Source: Tubiluchus corallicola
Taxonomy: Eukaryota; Animalia; Priapulida
Direction: 5' to 3'
NCBI GenBank assembly: GCA_030141605.1
Contig: JAQGDQ010000647.1
Span: forward strand, 19,108-83,107
Length of the DNA: 64,000 nucleotides
Below are positions 39,501 to 54,500 of this stretch, piece by piece. Each line of letters begins with the position of its first letter. Position 1 is the stretch's first letter. The notes under the pieces are model-generated. The model had not been told where the DNA came from. It did no database searches and saw only the letters and a program-made list of their open reading frames with translations. Made by a program: the position numbers and the translations under genes.

Positions 39501-42500
39501 ACGAGGATAATTGATTGCATATTGATTAATGAGTTATTGAATATTTAAAATACATTAAAGGAAAACCAGATGATTTGCTACTTAGACGGGCACTAACGCC
39601 TCCATTTCGGAAATGCGTTGCACAAAAAAAGATGCTGTACTTCTCCGTTCAGATGTGCAAGTTTGCAACGAGTTCGACAGCTCATGCGCAAGCATAGTGG
39701 AAAATTTAAAATGTGAATTTTTTATCTTAAACTTGTCTAGTTTTAGTACAAGACACTGAATATCTTACAGTAGCTACTGTACTTCAATTTTCGCTTTCAC
39801 AAACACGTGCAACACGCTCGTGAAATGTTTTTGCTGTAGAAAAATTATGTCAGTTTGTGATGACATGAACAGTTGGGTTCACCCTCCATTAATTAAGTTT
39901 TTAATCTATTATTTAAACATCAGAAAGGCTTTTGCAGTATTAAATGTGTTAAAATGTATTTTTTTATTGGACCGGAAAATGGGGTAGTATATGAAATATC
40001 ATCCTGTCTTCCTCTAAAGGTTTATTAATTTTCTTCTAACACTTAATAAAAACTATGTGTCGGCATATGCCGTCTTAAGTAAACAAATGCAAAAAATGTA
40101 AACAAAAGTCATTAGACTCCACAGGTAATCCATGTAATTAAAACAACACAACGATGTTAAAACAATTTAGTTAAGAATCATGCCAAACGTTTCTACAGAG
40201 CTGTTGCTGTCATCATCAGTGCAAAATTTTTACAAACATGGTCGGTCCTGAAAGAGTTAAGAAGCTTCAATCGCCTATAAGAGTGGGAAGTGGTGCTGAC
40301 AAGCCACTGCTGCACCAGCGTTTAGTTTTTTGCTGGATTACTGCTGCGTTTACCTGTCTGATGGCAGATTTCTTTTATTTTAGAATTCTGCTTTCCAGTG
40401 TCAGGCATATGATAATCTGCGCTCAATTATCTAACAATTGTTGAAGCTGTTGCATCATCACAAATACGTACAGCTAGAGCTAATATAAAAGCAAAAACGT
40501 TCAATTGAAAATTAAAGTCTGCAGGTAAGGAAATTGAACTTTGTTCAAGCGTAACCCAGTATTAAAACTTCTCTATATCTTGAAATCTTGGAAATAATTA
40601 AATCCTCAGGAAAAGCAATTACAAGGGGTTCTCGTCACTGTCACGTCACAACAATTAATTAACGTTTTCTCTACTCGGCAAAAACGTTTTAGTTCCTGTT
40701 AAAAGTTTCAAGCCAACCCATCTAATAATGATCTTTAATTTTCATTTCTTAACGCTATTTGATGAGTTTTGGAGCAATGGGAGCAATGGGAGCTGGTCTA
40801 GCTGGATTTCCCAATTTTTCAGCAATGAAAATAAAATTTTTTGAAAATGAAAATAAATTTAAACAGCAAACGTTACGGGCGTATGCTGAAAACACGACGA
40901 AAACGTTTCGTGTCGGTTTTTGTTCAAAGTCGCAATTCATTTTTAAATGATGGCAAAAAACTAGACATCGCAGACTTGAAGAAATGAAATAATTTAGCAA
41001 AAAGTAACGCGACTCCACACAAACTGCATTACGCTGATTTTACGAAACATTTCGCAAATTCTTTTTCCACGCCAACAATGATAAGACACAATTTATGACT
41101 TCTGCTTGCACCTGCTGCATATATAGAGTCTCCAGGGGAAGCCAGGCAACAAGTCAGAAGATATTACTCATTCACTTCTTTAAAGTCTCGTTCCACCTAC
41201 TGTAGGCATTGAGGTATCAACATTTAGTAGAGCATTCCACCCACTTTTATCTGCAGCTAACAGAGTCTGCTCCTAAAGGTGGATTTCATTGAAGTTGTTG
41301 AACATCTTCATTTATCTTAGCTATCCAAGTTGTTTTAGGTTTACCAGGTGGTTTTTTCCAAGGTTTTAAGGCTTCCTTTAAGTTTAAGGCAATTCTTACT
41401 GGTGCTTCATTTGGTAATCTTAGAAGATGTCCTATCTATCTTAATCTTCGGATCTTGACCTTTGAACTTCAATAAATTTCTTTCATTCTGATATACAAAT
41501 CCTGATTTTTGATTATGTATGGTCATCTTATCTTTAAAACTTTCCTTAGAAGACTTCTATGAAATGTGTCAATCTGCTTTTCTTGAGTAATCGTTAAACC
41601 CCCGAGTTTTGCCGTTGTGCATAAATATGCCAGTAACGTTTTTTTACAAGGTTTTAAGGCTTCGTTTAAGGTAATTCTTACTGGTGCTTCACTTGGTAAT
41701 CGTAGAAGATGTCTTTCATACGGCAAAGAAAATACTGATGAATTTGGTTGCCAGGCAACAGTGCGGATCATTTTACAACAGTGTACGGCTGCCAACAATG
41801 TAGCAACAATCACTGTAATGTTTCCTCTCCTCTCGTCTTACCGTTTGTGTGGCTTCTCTTCCATTGTCTCCGCAACGTACGTCTTCAGTTCGTAGTCGAC
41901 CCCGCATGGTTTCCCGGTGTCGCCCGGAGCAGGCTGTAGTGTCACCGATGCGGGAGCATATGACGGCAACTGAAAGAATCAAATAGATATTTTAAACAGC
42001 ACACAAAAATGAAATCGAGAATGCTGCAACGTTAGTTAAAGGAAAAGGAAAGACAATTTTGAAGAACTTTCCATACGAACTCACATTACTTAGTAATACT
42101 CCTTAGTTGCTTAAAAGCTTAAGTAACTGGAAAAAAGAATTCTTATTAATTTGAAATGTTCGATCCATCTGGTAAAATGGCATAGCATCACCCCTTCCCA
42201 GTGTGCACCACTGACTCACCAAAAAGGTATTATTAATCTTAATGACAAGTTAAAGTAATTAATACTTTTGCTTAGTTAGTGAAGTGTGTGCTAGCCATGC
42301 TCTGATTATTTTTTTAAACCTTGGGCAATGTTATCTAAATTTGTCTCAAACAACCGACTGTCAAAACAGCACCGCCTAACGGTCATCGCAGGAGTTTAAA
42401 TTTTATACAGCACTGCTGTTAATGCAAGCTATGTTTGCAACAAAGCAACAAGTGGATTGTTCAACATTTTAAGACGAATTTTTTAACTTGTCGAAAGCAA

Positions 42501-45500
42501 ATGATTCTATTGTCTATGACCTACAACACGGGAGTGCAAACTGCGGCCCGCGGGCCACTTGCGGCTCGCCGAAAGATCTTGTGTGGCCCACGAGGAGGTT
42601 TGTCAACGTAATGAAGGTGCGGCCCACGCGATCCAGCTGAAGTCCACACCAATATAGCAAAGATAGTGCGGGTAGTTTTTTCCTCTAGATCGGATGGCAT
42701 TAACCCGTACAAGACCGTTGTCACTTAATGTCACTGTCCGACATGACGAAATATATGGTTTTTAATATAAATTTTAATAACTTCTAAAATAGTTTCTTGA
42801 GTGTAGTATTGTAGTAGTGATGATGCGCGCAAATCGGATGCAAAAAAATCGTTATTAGGTCCTACTGTACTTGGCTCCGTGACCAAACTGCATGTGGCCC
42901 ACAGGAATTGCGGGAAAATTTAATGTGGCCCGGCCAGTCAGATAATTTGCACACCCCTGGTATACAAGATGCAGTTGAAACGACAAGTCTCACAAATTTT
43001 TGTGAAAAAGAACGGGTATTTCTCCAATGATTTACCTGAAAGAAGAATGGATATGCATTCTGTCCGAGTTTTTTAATCAGCCGTTCTTGCAGTCGTGTCA
43101 GCGGCTTCTGTTGAGCGGCATCCGGAGGAAAAACCTGAAAAACACAAACTGCGCCTTTAGACAAAAAAATGACGACGCGGGGTCGGCAGTTCCAATAATT
43201 TGACGCGAAATAACCAACGTAGTTGTTAAAATACTTTACAAATTCTAGTCGTCTGATTAGATGTGGAAAAGATCCACTTTTACTGGACCTGGATGAGCAC
43301 CAGAGCGGGATAACCTTCAAGGTTTTTTGCGTAGAAATCTAAAGCGGAAATGATGTTTATCGACGAACAAATCTCTTCATTCCATCAGATTTGTGGCTAA
43401 AATTACAAATTTAGTGATGTTTGTTCGAAAGCAAACAATATTTTTTGTTTAGGATTTATCAAGTTTATGTATAAATTTTCGTATATTGTTTGTTTGTTTA
43501 AAATTACGACATAAAATTAGACACTTTTGTTTCGTCTTACGCAGCATTAAAACATTGGCTTAAAATTTTCTGAAGCAGCACCCCCGGTTCAAATTATGAG
43601 AATGTTTATGAACGAAAATGTTGCAAGTGTTTGGGAGTTATTGATATCTATATGCTATTACCACAAAAAAACTAATCTTTTGGAAGAGATTTAATGGTTA
43701 AAATGTTGAGTCTGCACTTTTTTATATAAACAGATTTCATTTTACAGAACATTTGGCATACTGAAAAGCCTGTCTGATTAGCATTTAGGAATGAGCAACT
43801 ACCATAAAGTTATGGTAGGCAGTGGTGGCTCGTGTATAAGTACTGTGGAAATGCGGCACTCCCTATTTTTACTCACTATTATCGATAGTATTCAATATGA
43901 TCAATTTAGTTCTTTCTTTATATTTGTGCGTAACCACAGCACGTGAGGGTAATACTGTTTCATTCACAGCCCAGCACAGTGCGCTCCAGCAATGCGGTGT
44001 TTGGCTGTTGTGTGCATGCGGCCATGTACGAATGAGTCCAGGTAGAAAAAGTACTGTCGCTAACACAGTTTGTTGCTAGTTGTCATGCGCTTACCGTGAA
44101 TGGATCAAGCTTCAACTGTAACAATTTGGACTATTAGTAAGCAAATAATATTTTTTTGTTTAGGATTTTATCAAGTTTATGTATAAACTTTCCTATGTAT
44201 GTTTATTTAAAATTAAAATTACAAATTACAACATTAAAATTCCATATGTTTGTTTCATTTTACACAATATTAAAACAATTGCTAAAAATTTTCTGAAGCA
44301 GCACCCCACTAATTCTATCTACGAGCCGCTACTGGTCTACTGCTCTGCTAACAAGCAATTTCAGTATAAGCTAAGCCAAGATCGTTACCCTAAAAGTATG
44401 ACTACTTGGGAAAATACTATTGCATAGTTAGTTCGTAATAACAAAGGCGGGCGGGCGTATTTCATCTGAATACGACTCCACTTTTGGAAATGGCATCCAG
44501 TAAGAGCAAATCATTAGAAAAGAAACCCGAGCGTTCAGTATCATTTACGGCAAGCTTAACATTTTCTAAACCATAACCGCATTAAAACTCGACTTTCATC
44601 CGATGCTGAAGAACTCTCGCAAGAAGAATCGGTGACACGTGTCACCTCGAACATGAGTAGCTCTACTAAACCAACATCAGGCAACATCGTTAGAGATTTC
44701 GATACGATCAAACAGGTACACGACCCCCAGTCGGGATAATTACAAGAAACCACAACCTGGAAGATTTGAACTGCTCCCATTGTGAGCTTAGCACAATGGA
44801 AATGACATATAATGGCAGTGGTTACTCCAGTTGTGTTAGAAACTGGAAGGCACACTAATATCACAGAAGATCAAAGATTGTATCATTTTTGTGGTCAGTT
44901 ACTGGTCAGAGACTGAAAAACATGTTTTTATTGCATTGTCCCCTTTATGTCCCCGGATATTCGCATTTCGTTATTCCAGTGTCTAAGCACAAAAATCAAT
45001 AATTTTAATGAGTTCAATGATAATGATAAATTACGTCAGATAAGTTAGGTGATATATGTTTAAAAGAATGTGCCAAAACCTGCCACCTAGTGGCGGAAAG
45101 GAGAAATGTTTTAACTAGTGTAATGATATGTTTTAATGTTTGTTTAATGACCGATTTAATTTACGTGTAAATGTAAGGTAAGTTTTAATGTAAAATGGTT
45201 GTTTTAATGATTTTTAAGGTGTCACATAACTCTGTCGATAGATTGGCTTTTATTTCACTGTAAGTGTGCACACTTTTGTGTTTCAAATTGTTGTGAAATA
45301 AAACATGACCACTATAATTAACTAGCTATGCTATACTGTACTATAACTGCTGTGTAGTGGATTTACAGGCGCTCACACTTAGAATACCTGAGCAATTACA
45401 GTGAATTATAGACATAAAGCTTATTAGATGATGACGAATGTTGCACCTGTGCTCCAACATAGGCTCAAGGTACATCAGGTGTCGCCAAGATGCATTTGAT

Positions 45501-48500
45501 TACGACAACACGGCACAAGAAGAAAGTGATACAATCCCTCGAAAATAACAGCAAGAATTTTAGATCATTTCAACAAATACAGAAGTTTTAAACTGTTGCA
45601 ATGCGTACGATATTGGTGCAATGTTGATGCAATGTGTACGATATTGGTGCAATGTGTACGATATTGGTGCGATGTTGGTGCAATTTGTACGACATTAGTG
45701 CAATGTTGATGCAATGTGTACGATATTGGTGCAATGTTGATGCAATGTGTACGGTATTGGTGCAATGTGTACGATATTGGTGCAATGTTGATGCAATTTG
45801 TACGACATTAGTGCAATGTTGATGCAATGTGTACGATATTGGTGCAATGTTGATGCAATGTGTACGATATTGGTGCAATGTGTACGATATTGGTGCAATG
45901 TGTACGATATTGGTGCGATGTTGGTGCAAATTGTACGACATTAGTGCAATGTTGGTGCAATGCGTAGGATATAGGTGAATTGGTGCAATGTGTACGAGAT
46001 TGGTGCAATGTGTATGACATAGGTGCAATGTTGGTGCAATCTGTAGGATATAAGTGAAATGTTGGTGCAATTTGTACGATACTGGTGCAATAGGTGCCAT
46101 GTTGGTGCGATGTGCGAGATATAGGTGTACTGTTGGTGCAATGTGTACGACATAGGTACAATGTCGGTGCAATGTGAAAGATATAGGTACAATGCTGGTG
46201 CAATGTGTACGATATAGATGCAATGTGTACTATATAGGTGCAATGTTGGTGAAATGTGTACGATATTGGTGCAATGTTTTAAGCCTCTCTTTGATTTCGT
46301 TTCACAACGATTGTCGTTAATCGATCGAGAATGCAGGGAAGCTTTGTCTTTCAAGGCAGGTAATTAAGATAACTCTCTTGCACTGAAACCAGGTAATTAA
46401 CGAGCCTCACCTGCATCGAGGCCAGGTACAAATCCTTCCTGAACGTGAGCCCCAGGACGTCCAAATCCTCCCGTCCATAGCGGAAGGCAGCGAGAACGTG
46501 AGCGTAGACCTTTCTGTCCTTCAAGTAGTCTGGATCAATTAAAACAACGCCATCTGTAAACAGAATTGTGAAATTATTAGAAAACGTAATTGAAATGGTC
46601 TGGAAATATTAATTCAATGTTTATAATAGCAAAAAAACTACTAAAGAAGCCATATTAAGCTTATCTTTTTTGGTTTCCTATTAAAATGGCTGCGCGTAAC
46701 GGTCATAGCGGGAGTTTAAATTTATATGTTTAATACAGCGTTACTGCCGACGCAAGCCCTGTATGCAAAAAGGCAGTAAGTAAGTGGTATAAAATTTCAA
46801 GACAAATTTTTTCAGCTTTATGTAAGCGGAGGGTTCTCTTGTGGTTAAAACTGTGTGTAGGTTGTATAAACAATAGGTGTTCCAAGTACTCATGCAAATT
46901 AAGTTTAAAAAATATGTTCTATTAAAGGAAAACCGGATGATTGTGTAAACATGAGTTCAAAATAAAGAATGCTCTGAAATATTGAAAACTACAATAGCTT
47001 TTTTTAATCAAAGCTTACATCAAATAATAATTACCTCGGACACTCAAATTTCGTTAAACTTTCAAAGCTACGCGCGGCTCAGTGAATCTACTAAGATTGG
47101 CGGCGGCGCCTTTTTGCCACGTGCGCGTGGCCGACAAATAGAAGGCGGTACCGTGATAACCATGATCATGAACTGCTGTGTTAGTTTCTGACGTCATATG
47201 ATGTAAAACCCATTTTTCATGACATCATGCGTTTAAGCAGTACTGTAACACTTACGTAAACGTGCTTGACGCGCAAGGGAAGACGCCTACCATTTCACAA
47301 ACTGTGGTTGGTTTCTGACGTAAGCAATAGCTGCGTTCGGTTGCCGTTAATTAACTTTCTAAGCTAATTCTCAAATATAAGGAACAACTGTTAACTATTA
47401 TAGGCAAGAAAACGCATATTTTGGACAGTAAATTAAAATGAGATCGAGTCTAAACAATCATCCGGTCTTCCTTTAACTAATATCCTTTCCCTTGTACTTT
47501 GCCCAATAAAAGCCTCCAGCCATTATATCAACTTGAAATTCATTAATTGCAACTCGAATGCATTATTGTTGCCACGAAAATTTACTGTTCGCTAACGATT
47601 AAATTTTTAATTAATTTCATACGTCGACTTCTACTAAAATAACCATAAAAGCATACCCTGTGCAAAACAAAATGTCAACATAATTAAAATTTCTGCAAGG
47701 ATGACGGTACTTGATTACATGGAGAATTTGTGGGGCACAGAAAGTTCTGAAAAACGTCTGTCCGCAATTACTCAAATTCCACAATTAATTAAGCTCAGTA
47801 GAAGAACAACCCAATTCAGAGCTACTAACTCATGATTATAACAGAGCAGAAAGTTAATGGAACACACGATGATTTTGCATTTTCAAGTTGGATAAAAATT
47901 ATACATTTTTTAAAACACAATTGATACTGCAAAAACGGTTCTGATAATTAAATAATAGGTTAAAATCTTAATTAACGGCGGGCGAACCCAACTATTGATG
48001 ACGTCACAAACTAACATAATTTTCAACAGCCAATATATATTGCACGAGCGTGTTTGTGAAAGTGAAAATTGAAGTACAGTGCTACTGTAAGATATTCAGT
48101 GTGTTGTATTAAAACTAGGCAAGTTTTAAGATAAAAATTCAAATTTCAAATTTGCCACTGTGCTCAGGCATGAGCTGTCGTAACAAACTAACACATCTGA
48201 ACTGAGAGCTACTGCCCCTATTTTTGTGCAATCCGTTTCCGAAATGCAGGCGCTAGTGCCCGTCTAACTAGTAAATGGCGAAATGCACGTAACAGTGAAG
48301 TACTAGTGGCGCAAACGTGAAATTGTGTTTGTGTGGTAATAATTCTTTCACGTAAATCATTTTTGAAAAAATAACATGTTTCCTTTCAATATTTTAAAGA
48401 ATAGATTGTTTTGACATACAGTTTAGATTGGGTCCAGTTGTGCTTTAATGCAAATTATATACCTTTCCTTCCTTGGCAAGATTGAAGTAAATGATTGATG

Positions 48501-51500
48501 GATTGACTAAATAATGTAATCACGAAATCAAAGAAAGCCATAGGAGTGGAACGCAGCCATACAAGTGGAACAACCACCCAAATTTAAGTTAAATAAAGCC
48601 CTGCTCTACATTGTATTTCACAAGATTAGATATTTGAGGCACTAAAACTTCGGCGGAAGGGGAGGTGACTATGTAACATCGGTGAGACAGCTAAGGGAAG
48701 GATGTAGTGACAATGTAACATCGGTGAGACAGCTAAGGGAAGGAGGTGGTGACAATGTAACACCAGTGAGACAGCTAAGGGAAGAAGGTGGTGACAATGT
48801 AACATCGGCGAGACAGCTAAGGGGAGGAGGTGGTGACAATGCAACATCAGTAAGACAGCTAAGGGAAGAAGGTGGTGACAATGTAACATCAGTGAGACAG
48901 CTAAGGGAAGGAGGTGGTGACAATGCAACATCAGTAAGACAGCTAAGGGAAGAAGGTGGTGACAATGTAACATCAGTGAGACAGCTAAGGGAAGGAGGTG
49001 GTGACAATGTAACATCAGTGAGACAGCTAAGGGAAGAAGGTGGTGACAATGTAACATCAGTGAGACAGCTAAGGGAAGGAGGTGGTGACAATGCAACATC
49101 AGTAAGACAGCTAAGGGAAGAAGGTGGTGACAATGTAACATCAGTGAGACAGCTAAGGGAAGGAGGTGGTGACAATGTAACATCAGTGAGACAGCTAAGG
49201 GGAGGAGGTGGTGACAATGTAACATCAGTGAGACAGCTAAGGGAAGAAGGTGGTGACAATGTAACATCAGTGAGACAGCTAAGGGGAGGAGGTGGTGACA
49301 ATGTAACATCAGTGAGACAGCTAAGGGGAGGAGGTGGTGACAATGTAACATCGGCGAGACAGCTAAGGGGAGGAGGTGGTGACAATGCAACATCAGTGAG
49401 ACAGCTAAGGGAAGGAGGTGGTGACAATGTAACATCAATGAGACAGCTAAGGGGAGGAGGTGGTGACAATGTAACATCAGTGAGACAGCTAAGGGAAGGA
49501 GGTGGTGACAATGTAACATCGGTGAGACAGCTAAGGGAAGGATGTAGTGACAATGTAACATCAATGAGACAGCTAAGAGAAGAACATGGTGACAATGTAA
49601 CATCGGTGAGACAGCTAAGGGAAGGATGTAGTGACAATGTAACATCAATGAGACAGCTAAGGGAAGGAGGTGGTGACAATGCAACATCAGTAAGACAGCT
49701 AAGGGAAGGTGGTGGTGACAATGTAACACCAGTGAGACAGCTAAGAGAAGGATGTGGTGACAATGTAACATCAGTCAGGCAGCTAAGGGAAGGAGGTGGT
49801 GACAATGTAACACCAGTGAGACAGCTAAGGGAAGGGGAGGTGACTATGTAACATCGGTGAGACAGCTAAGAGAAGAACGTGGTGACAATGTAACATCAGT
49901 CAGGCAGCTAAGGGGAGGAGGTGGTGACAATGTAACATCAATGAGACAGCTAAGGGAAGGAGGTGGTGACAATGTAACACCAGTGAGACAGCTAAGGGAA
50001 GGAGGTGGTGACAATGTAACACCAGTGAGACAGCTAAGGGAAGGAGGTGGTGACAATGTAACATCGGTGAGACAGCTAAGGGAAGGAGGTGGTGACAATG
50101 TAACATCGGTGAGACAGCTAAGGGAAGGATGTAGTGACAATGCAACATCGGTGAGACAGCTAAGGGAAGGAGGTGGTGACAATGTAACACCAGTGAGACA
50201 GCTAAGGGAAGGAGGTGGTGACAATGTAACATCAGTAAGACAGCTAAGGGAAGGAGGTGGTGACAATGTAACATCGGTGAGACAGCTAAGGGAAGGTGGT
50301 GGTGACAATGCAACATCAGTGAGACAGCTGAGGGAAGGAGGTGGTGACAATGTAACATCAGTAAGACAGCTAAGGGAAGGAGGTGGTGACAATGTAACAT
50401 CGGTGAGACAGCTAAGGGAAGGAGGTGGTGACAATGTAACATCGGTGAGACAGCTAAGGGAAGGTGGTGGTGACAATGCAACATCAGTGAGACAGCTGAG
50501 GGAAGGAGGTGGTGACAATGTAACATCAGTGAGACAGCTAAGAGAAGGTGGTGGTGACAATGTAACATCAGTAAGACAGCTAAGGGAAGGAGGTGGTGAC
50601 AATGTAACATCGGTGAGACAGCTAAGGGAAGGTGGTGGTGACAATGCAACATCAGTGAGACAGCTGAGGGAAGGAGGTGGTGACAATGTAACATCAGTGA
50701 GACAGCTAAGAGAAGGTGGTGGTGACAATGTAACATCAGTAAGACAGCTAAGGGAAGGAGGTGGTGACAATGTAACATCGGTGAGACAGCTAAGGGAAGG
50801 TGGTGGTGACAATGCAACATCAGTGAGACAGCTGAGGGAAGGAGGTGGTGACAATGTAACATCAGTGAGACAGCTAAGAGAAGAACGTGGTGACAATGCA
50901 TGGCTAGTAAGACAGTCATTACAATGCATGACCAGTAAGAAACTTGTAAAACTTGCTTTTTGCAATTTAGGCACCAGCTCTTAACTCTGAAGTCTTGAAT
51001 GCCAAGTTGTACAGCTTTGATTAGAATCCCATGATGGGGGGGGGGGGGTCATTAGCAAGATTGGTGAACTAAATGTATAGAATCACACTTACTGCAAATG
51101 CACACTCTGCGCTTCAGTGGCTCACATGATTATACTGAAGCTCGGTAAGTAATTTAGCTGAAAGCAAGAGTTGGGTAGAGAGTCACCATTGTATGTTCTC
51201 TTGTGTGTTATCACGACACGGTTCAGAAACTATGAATGGAATTCATTGCAGAAATGGTAAATCTAAGAGTTGAATGGGGGGAGGGGCACAGTTGTCACAA
51301 TCTTGTCTTTCTGTGTGGATAAATATCCAGACAAAATAGCTGCTACCAATTTCATTACATCGAATGGTAGAAATAGTCTCATGTATATCTTATGCAAACA
51401 TAAACAGGAAAGGTCAAAGGTCAATATAACAATCGCCATGGAGGAATAGTAAACTGCCATCGTGGAATGCAAATAAGAAATGTCAAAGGTCAAAACCATA

Positions 51501-54500
51501 GTCGCCATTAAAAAATACCAAATTGTTATTGTGGAATCTAAACATAAACAGGAAAGGGCAAAGATCAATATAACAATCGCCATGGAGGAATAGTAAACTG
51601 CCATCGTGGAATGCAAATAAGAAAGGTCAAAGGTCAAAACCATAGTCGCCATTAAAAAATACCAAATTGCTATTGTGGAATCTAAACATAAACAGGAAAG
51701 GGCAAAGATCAATATAACAATCGCCATGGAGGAATAGTAAACTGCCATCGTGGAATGCAAATAAGAAAGGTCAAAGGTCAAAACCATAGTCGCCATTAAA
51801 AAATACCAAATTGCTATTGTGGAATCTAAACATAAACAGGAAAGGGCAAAAGTCAAAACTGTAGTCACCACTGAAGCATACTAAATTACCATTGTAAAAA
51901 TAAAACGTATATAGGAAAGGTCAAAGGTCAATACCAAAGTCGCCACTGAGGAATACTAAATCGCCCTTGTGAAATGTAAACATAAATGGGAAAGGTCAAA
52001 GGTTAAAGCTATAGTCATCATTGAGGAATATTCAGTTGCCATTATAGAATGCAAATAAGAAAAACCAAAGGTCAAAACCATAGACGCCGTTGTGAATACT
52101 AAATTGCCACTGTGGAACGCAAACATAAATAGGAAAGGTCAAAGGTCAAAATCATAATCGCCACTGAGGAATACTAAAGTGATTCTCATGCGATTACAAC
52201 AATTGTTCAAGAAGTTTCTGAACAAGACTGCACGGGAGACTAAATATCCTGATAAAAAGGCAGCAACATACTCAGGAAATTGGGTTGACATGTCACGTGA
52301 CACCAAAATGGAAAAAAGGAAACGGAAATTATACAGAAAAACTGTAAGTTTGCGCAACATTGTTGCGCACTCGTGCCTGGCAAGACGACGTTTAAAGGAC
52401 AAGAAAAGGGGCATCTAAAGCAAGATTCAGAAAAATCACCTTAAAAAATTACTATATTTTATAGCAATTTTATACGTCGTTCTCACGCTGAAAGTAATTT
52501 TTGTTTGTTTTCATCTTAAATATCCCGCAATACTGTTCCACCGCGCCATTACATGACGTCACCTATGCAAATGAAAACAAGGGGAAGAAAAGGAAATGTT
52601 AAATTATGTCCCAGAAGACTTTCTACGCAAATGTATATTACTTAGTATTTCACTTATCTGCTGGAAACACTTATGTAACTAGAATTAATAATTTAAAATT
52701 TGTGCCAATTGGTAAAATGTCACTGACTCACCCTCCAGGGTGCGCCACTCACTAACCAAAAATGTATTTTTAATCTCATTGACAAGATACAGTAATTAAA
52801 AATTTTACTTAGTTAGCAACATGTGCGCCACGAATGCTCTAATTATTTTTTCAAACTTCACGTAACTTGCTTCAAACCACTAAAATGGCTGCAACTAACG
52901 GTCATCGCTGGAGCTTAAATTTACTTGTTTAATGTAGTATTACTGCCGACGCAAGTCCTGCATGCAGAAAGCCACTGCGTGTGCGGTACTAAATTTTAAG
53001 ACGATTTTTAAGCTATATATATATGTATATGTATATATGTATATATGTGTATGTGTATATGTATATGTATATGTATATATGTATATATGTATATGTATAT
53101 ATGTATATATGTATATGTATATATGTATATATGTATATATATATATAGATAGATAGATATAGATATTTATTTATTTGTGTGATTTATGTATGTAGAGGGT
53201 TTTCTTGTACTTTGATCATTTTCGTCACAGACGCCTGGCAAAAAAACCTTAAAGAGACGCGACGCATCAAGACGTGCAACGTAATGCCTAGCAGAGAGAA
53301 GCCTAGACGCATCACGACGTGCAACGTAATGCTTAGCAGAGAGAAGCCTAGACGCATCACGACGTGCAACGTAATGCCTAGACGCATCACGACGTGCAAC
53401 GTAATGCCTAGACGCATCACGACGTGCAACGTAATGCCTAGCAGAGAGAGAAGCCATTGAAATCGCTCGTTCCATAGAATGCGTGCACGCGAAGCCCCTT
53501 TTATTAATAACCTGAAGTTGATGTTGACATTTTGAGTAGAAAATGATTTAATGACTCGATTCAAAACCGACAAGGCACGTCGGCTGGCAGAAAAGAAGCC
53601 ATCACGAAGCCATCGTGCAAGCGAACATGTCGTCACACGCAGTCACGCCTATAGGCAAATGGCAATTGATTCGATTAGCAATTTCTGCCACGTCTCGCTT
53701 AAAAACTCAAACTGAATATCGGGAAATTCTCGACGAATCAGGTAACAGAGCAAAAGCAAATCTCCCCCGTTTATTCCAACTTTGATTGGGGCGCGCATGA
53801 CACACGCGCGATTTTATCGGAGACACGGGAATTCACTGTTTAACACTGCAGCGCTTTGCAAAAACTTTGGAAAAGCAGGCTAAATGGAGTTGGTATTACT
53901 TTTGCCCTGAGGCGGAACTAGGGGGGGCGCCCCCCTGCAAAATCGGACAAATAATTTTTTGCAGTGAAAATTGCGTTCGCACACAATAAACTTGTTGTCG
54001 TAACAAAGCTGGTGTGACTTTTTGAATGACGTACCGTTCCACATTTCATTTTGACATTATTTCCTGCGTATTATTTTCTTAAAACTTGTGTGTGATAAAT
54101 TTCTGTAAATAACAATTTAGTTAGAGGCACATTAATAACGTTAGGTTAACTGAGAGTTAATTTTCTCATTATTGCTCTGTCAGCTACGCCGTCCTACACA
54201 CATGCTAATTATAGGCCTGCATGCAGTATAAAAGGGGTTAAAAACTGGCTTAACCATTATTTAACCACTTCGGATACCTCGCCCTCCCAGAAAATATTTG
54301 CGCCCCCCTGTTTGCCACATCTAGTTCCGCCCCTGCTTTTGTCATCTGTGACACACATGCAACTCTTGTCAATTCAACTATAAGTTGTACGAGCAGTCTA
54401 GTAGTGTGTCACGAACGGTGAACGGCACGCAGTATGGGAAACCATTTTTGCTATCAATAAAGAGACAAGATGTAAGGCTTTTGTAACTATCAAAAACCAG

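Noticed and set aside
48626-50984. Extensin-like (SPPP) and [14 protein letters not shown] ORFs
   Set aside because: 42-bp tandem repeat open on both strands; frameshift mid-array; intronic.
51263-51871. 202-aa hydrophobic ORF
   Set aside because: 48-aa periodicity derives from the 144-bp tandem repeat.
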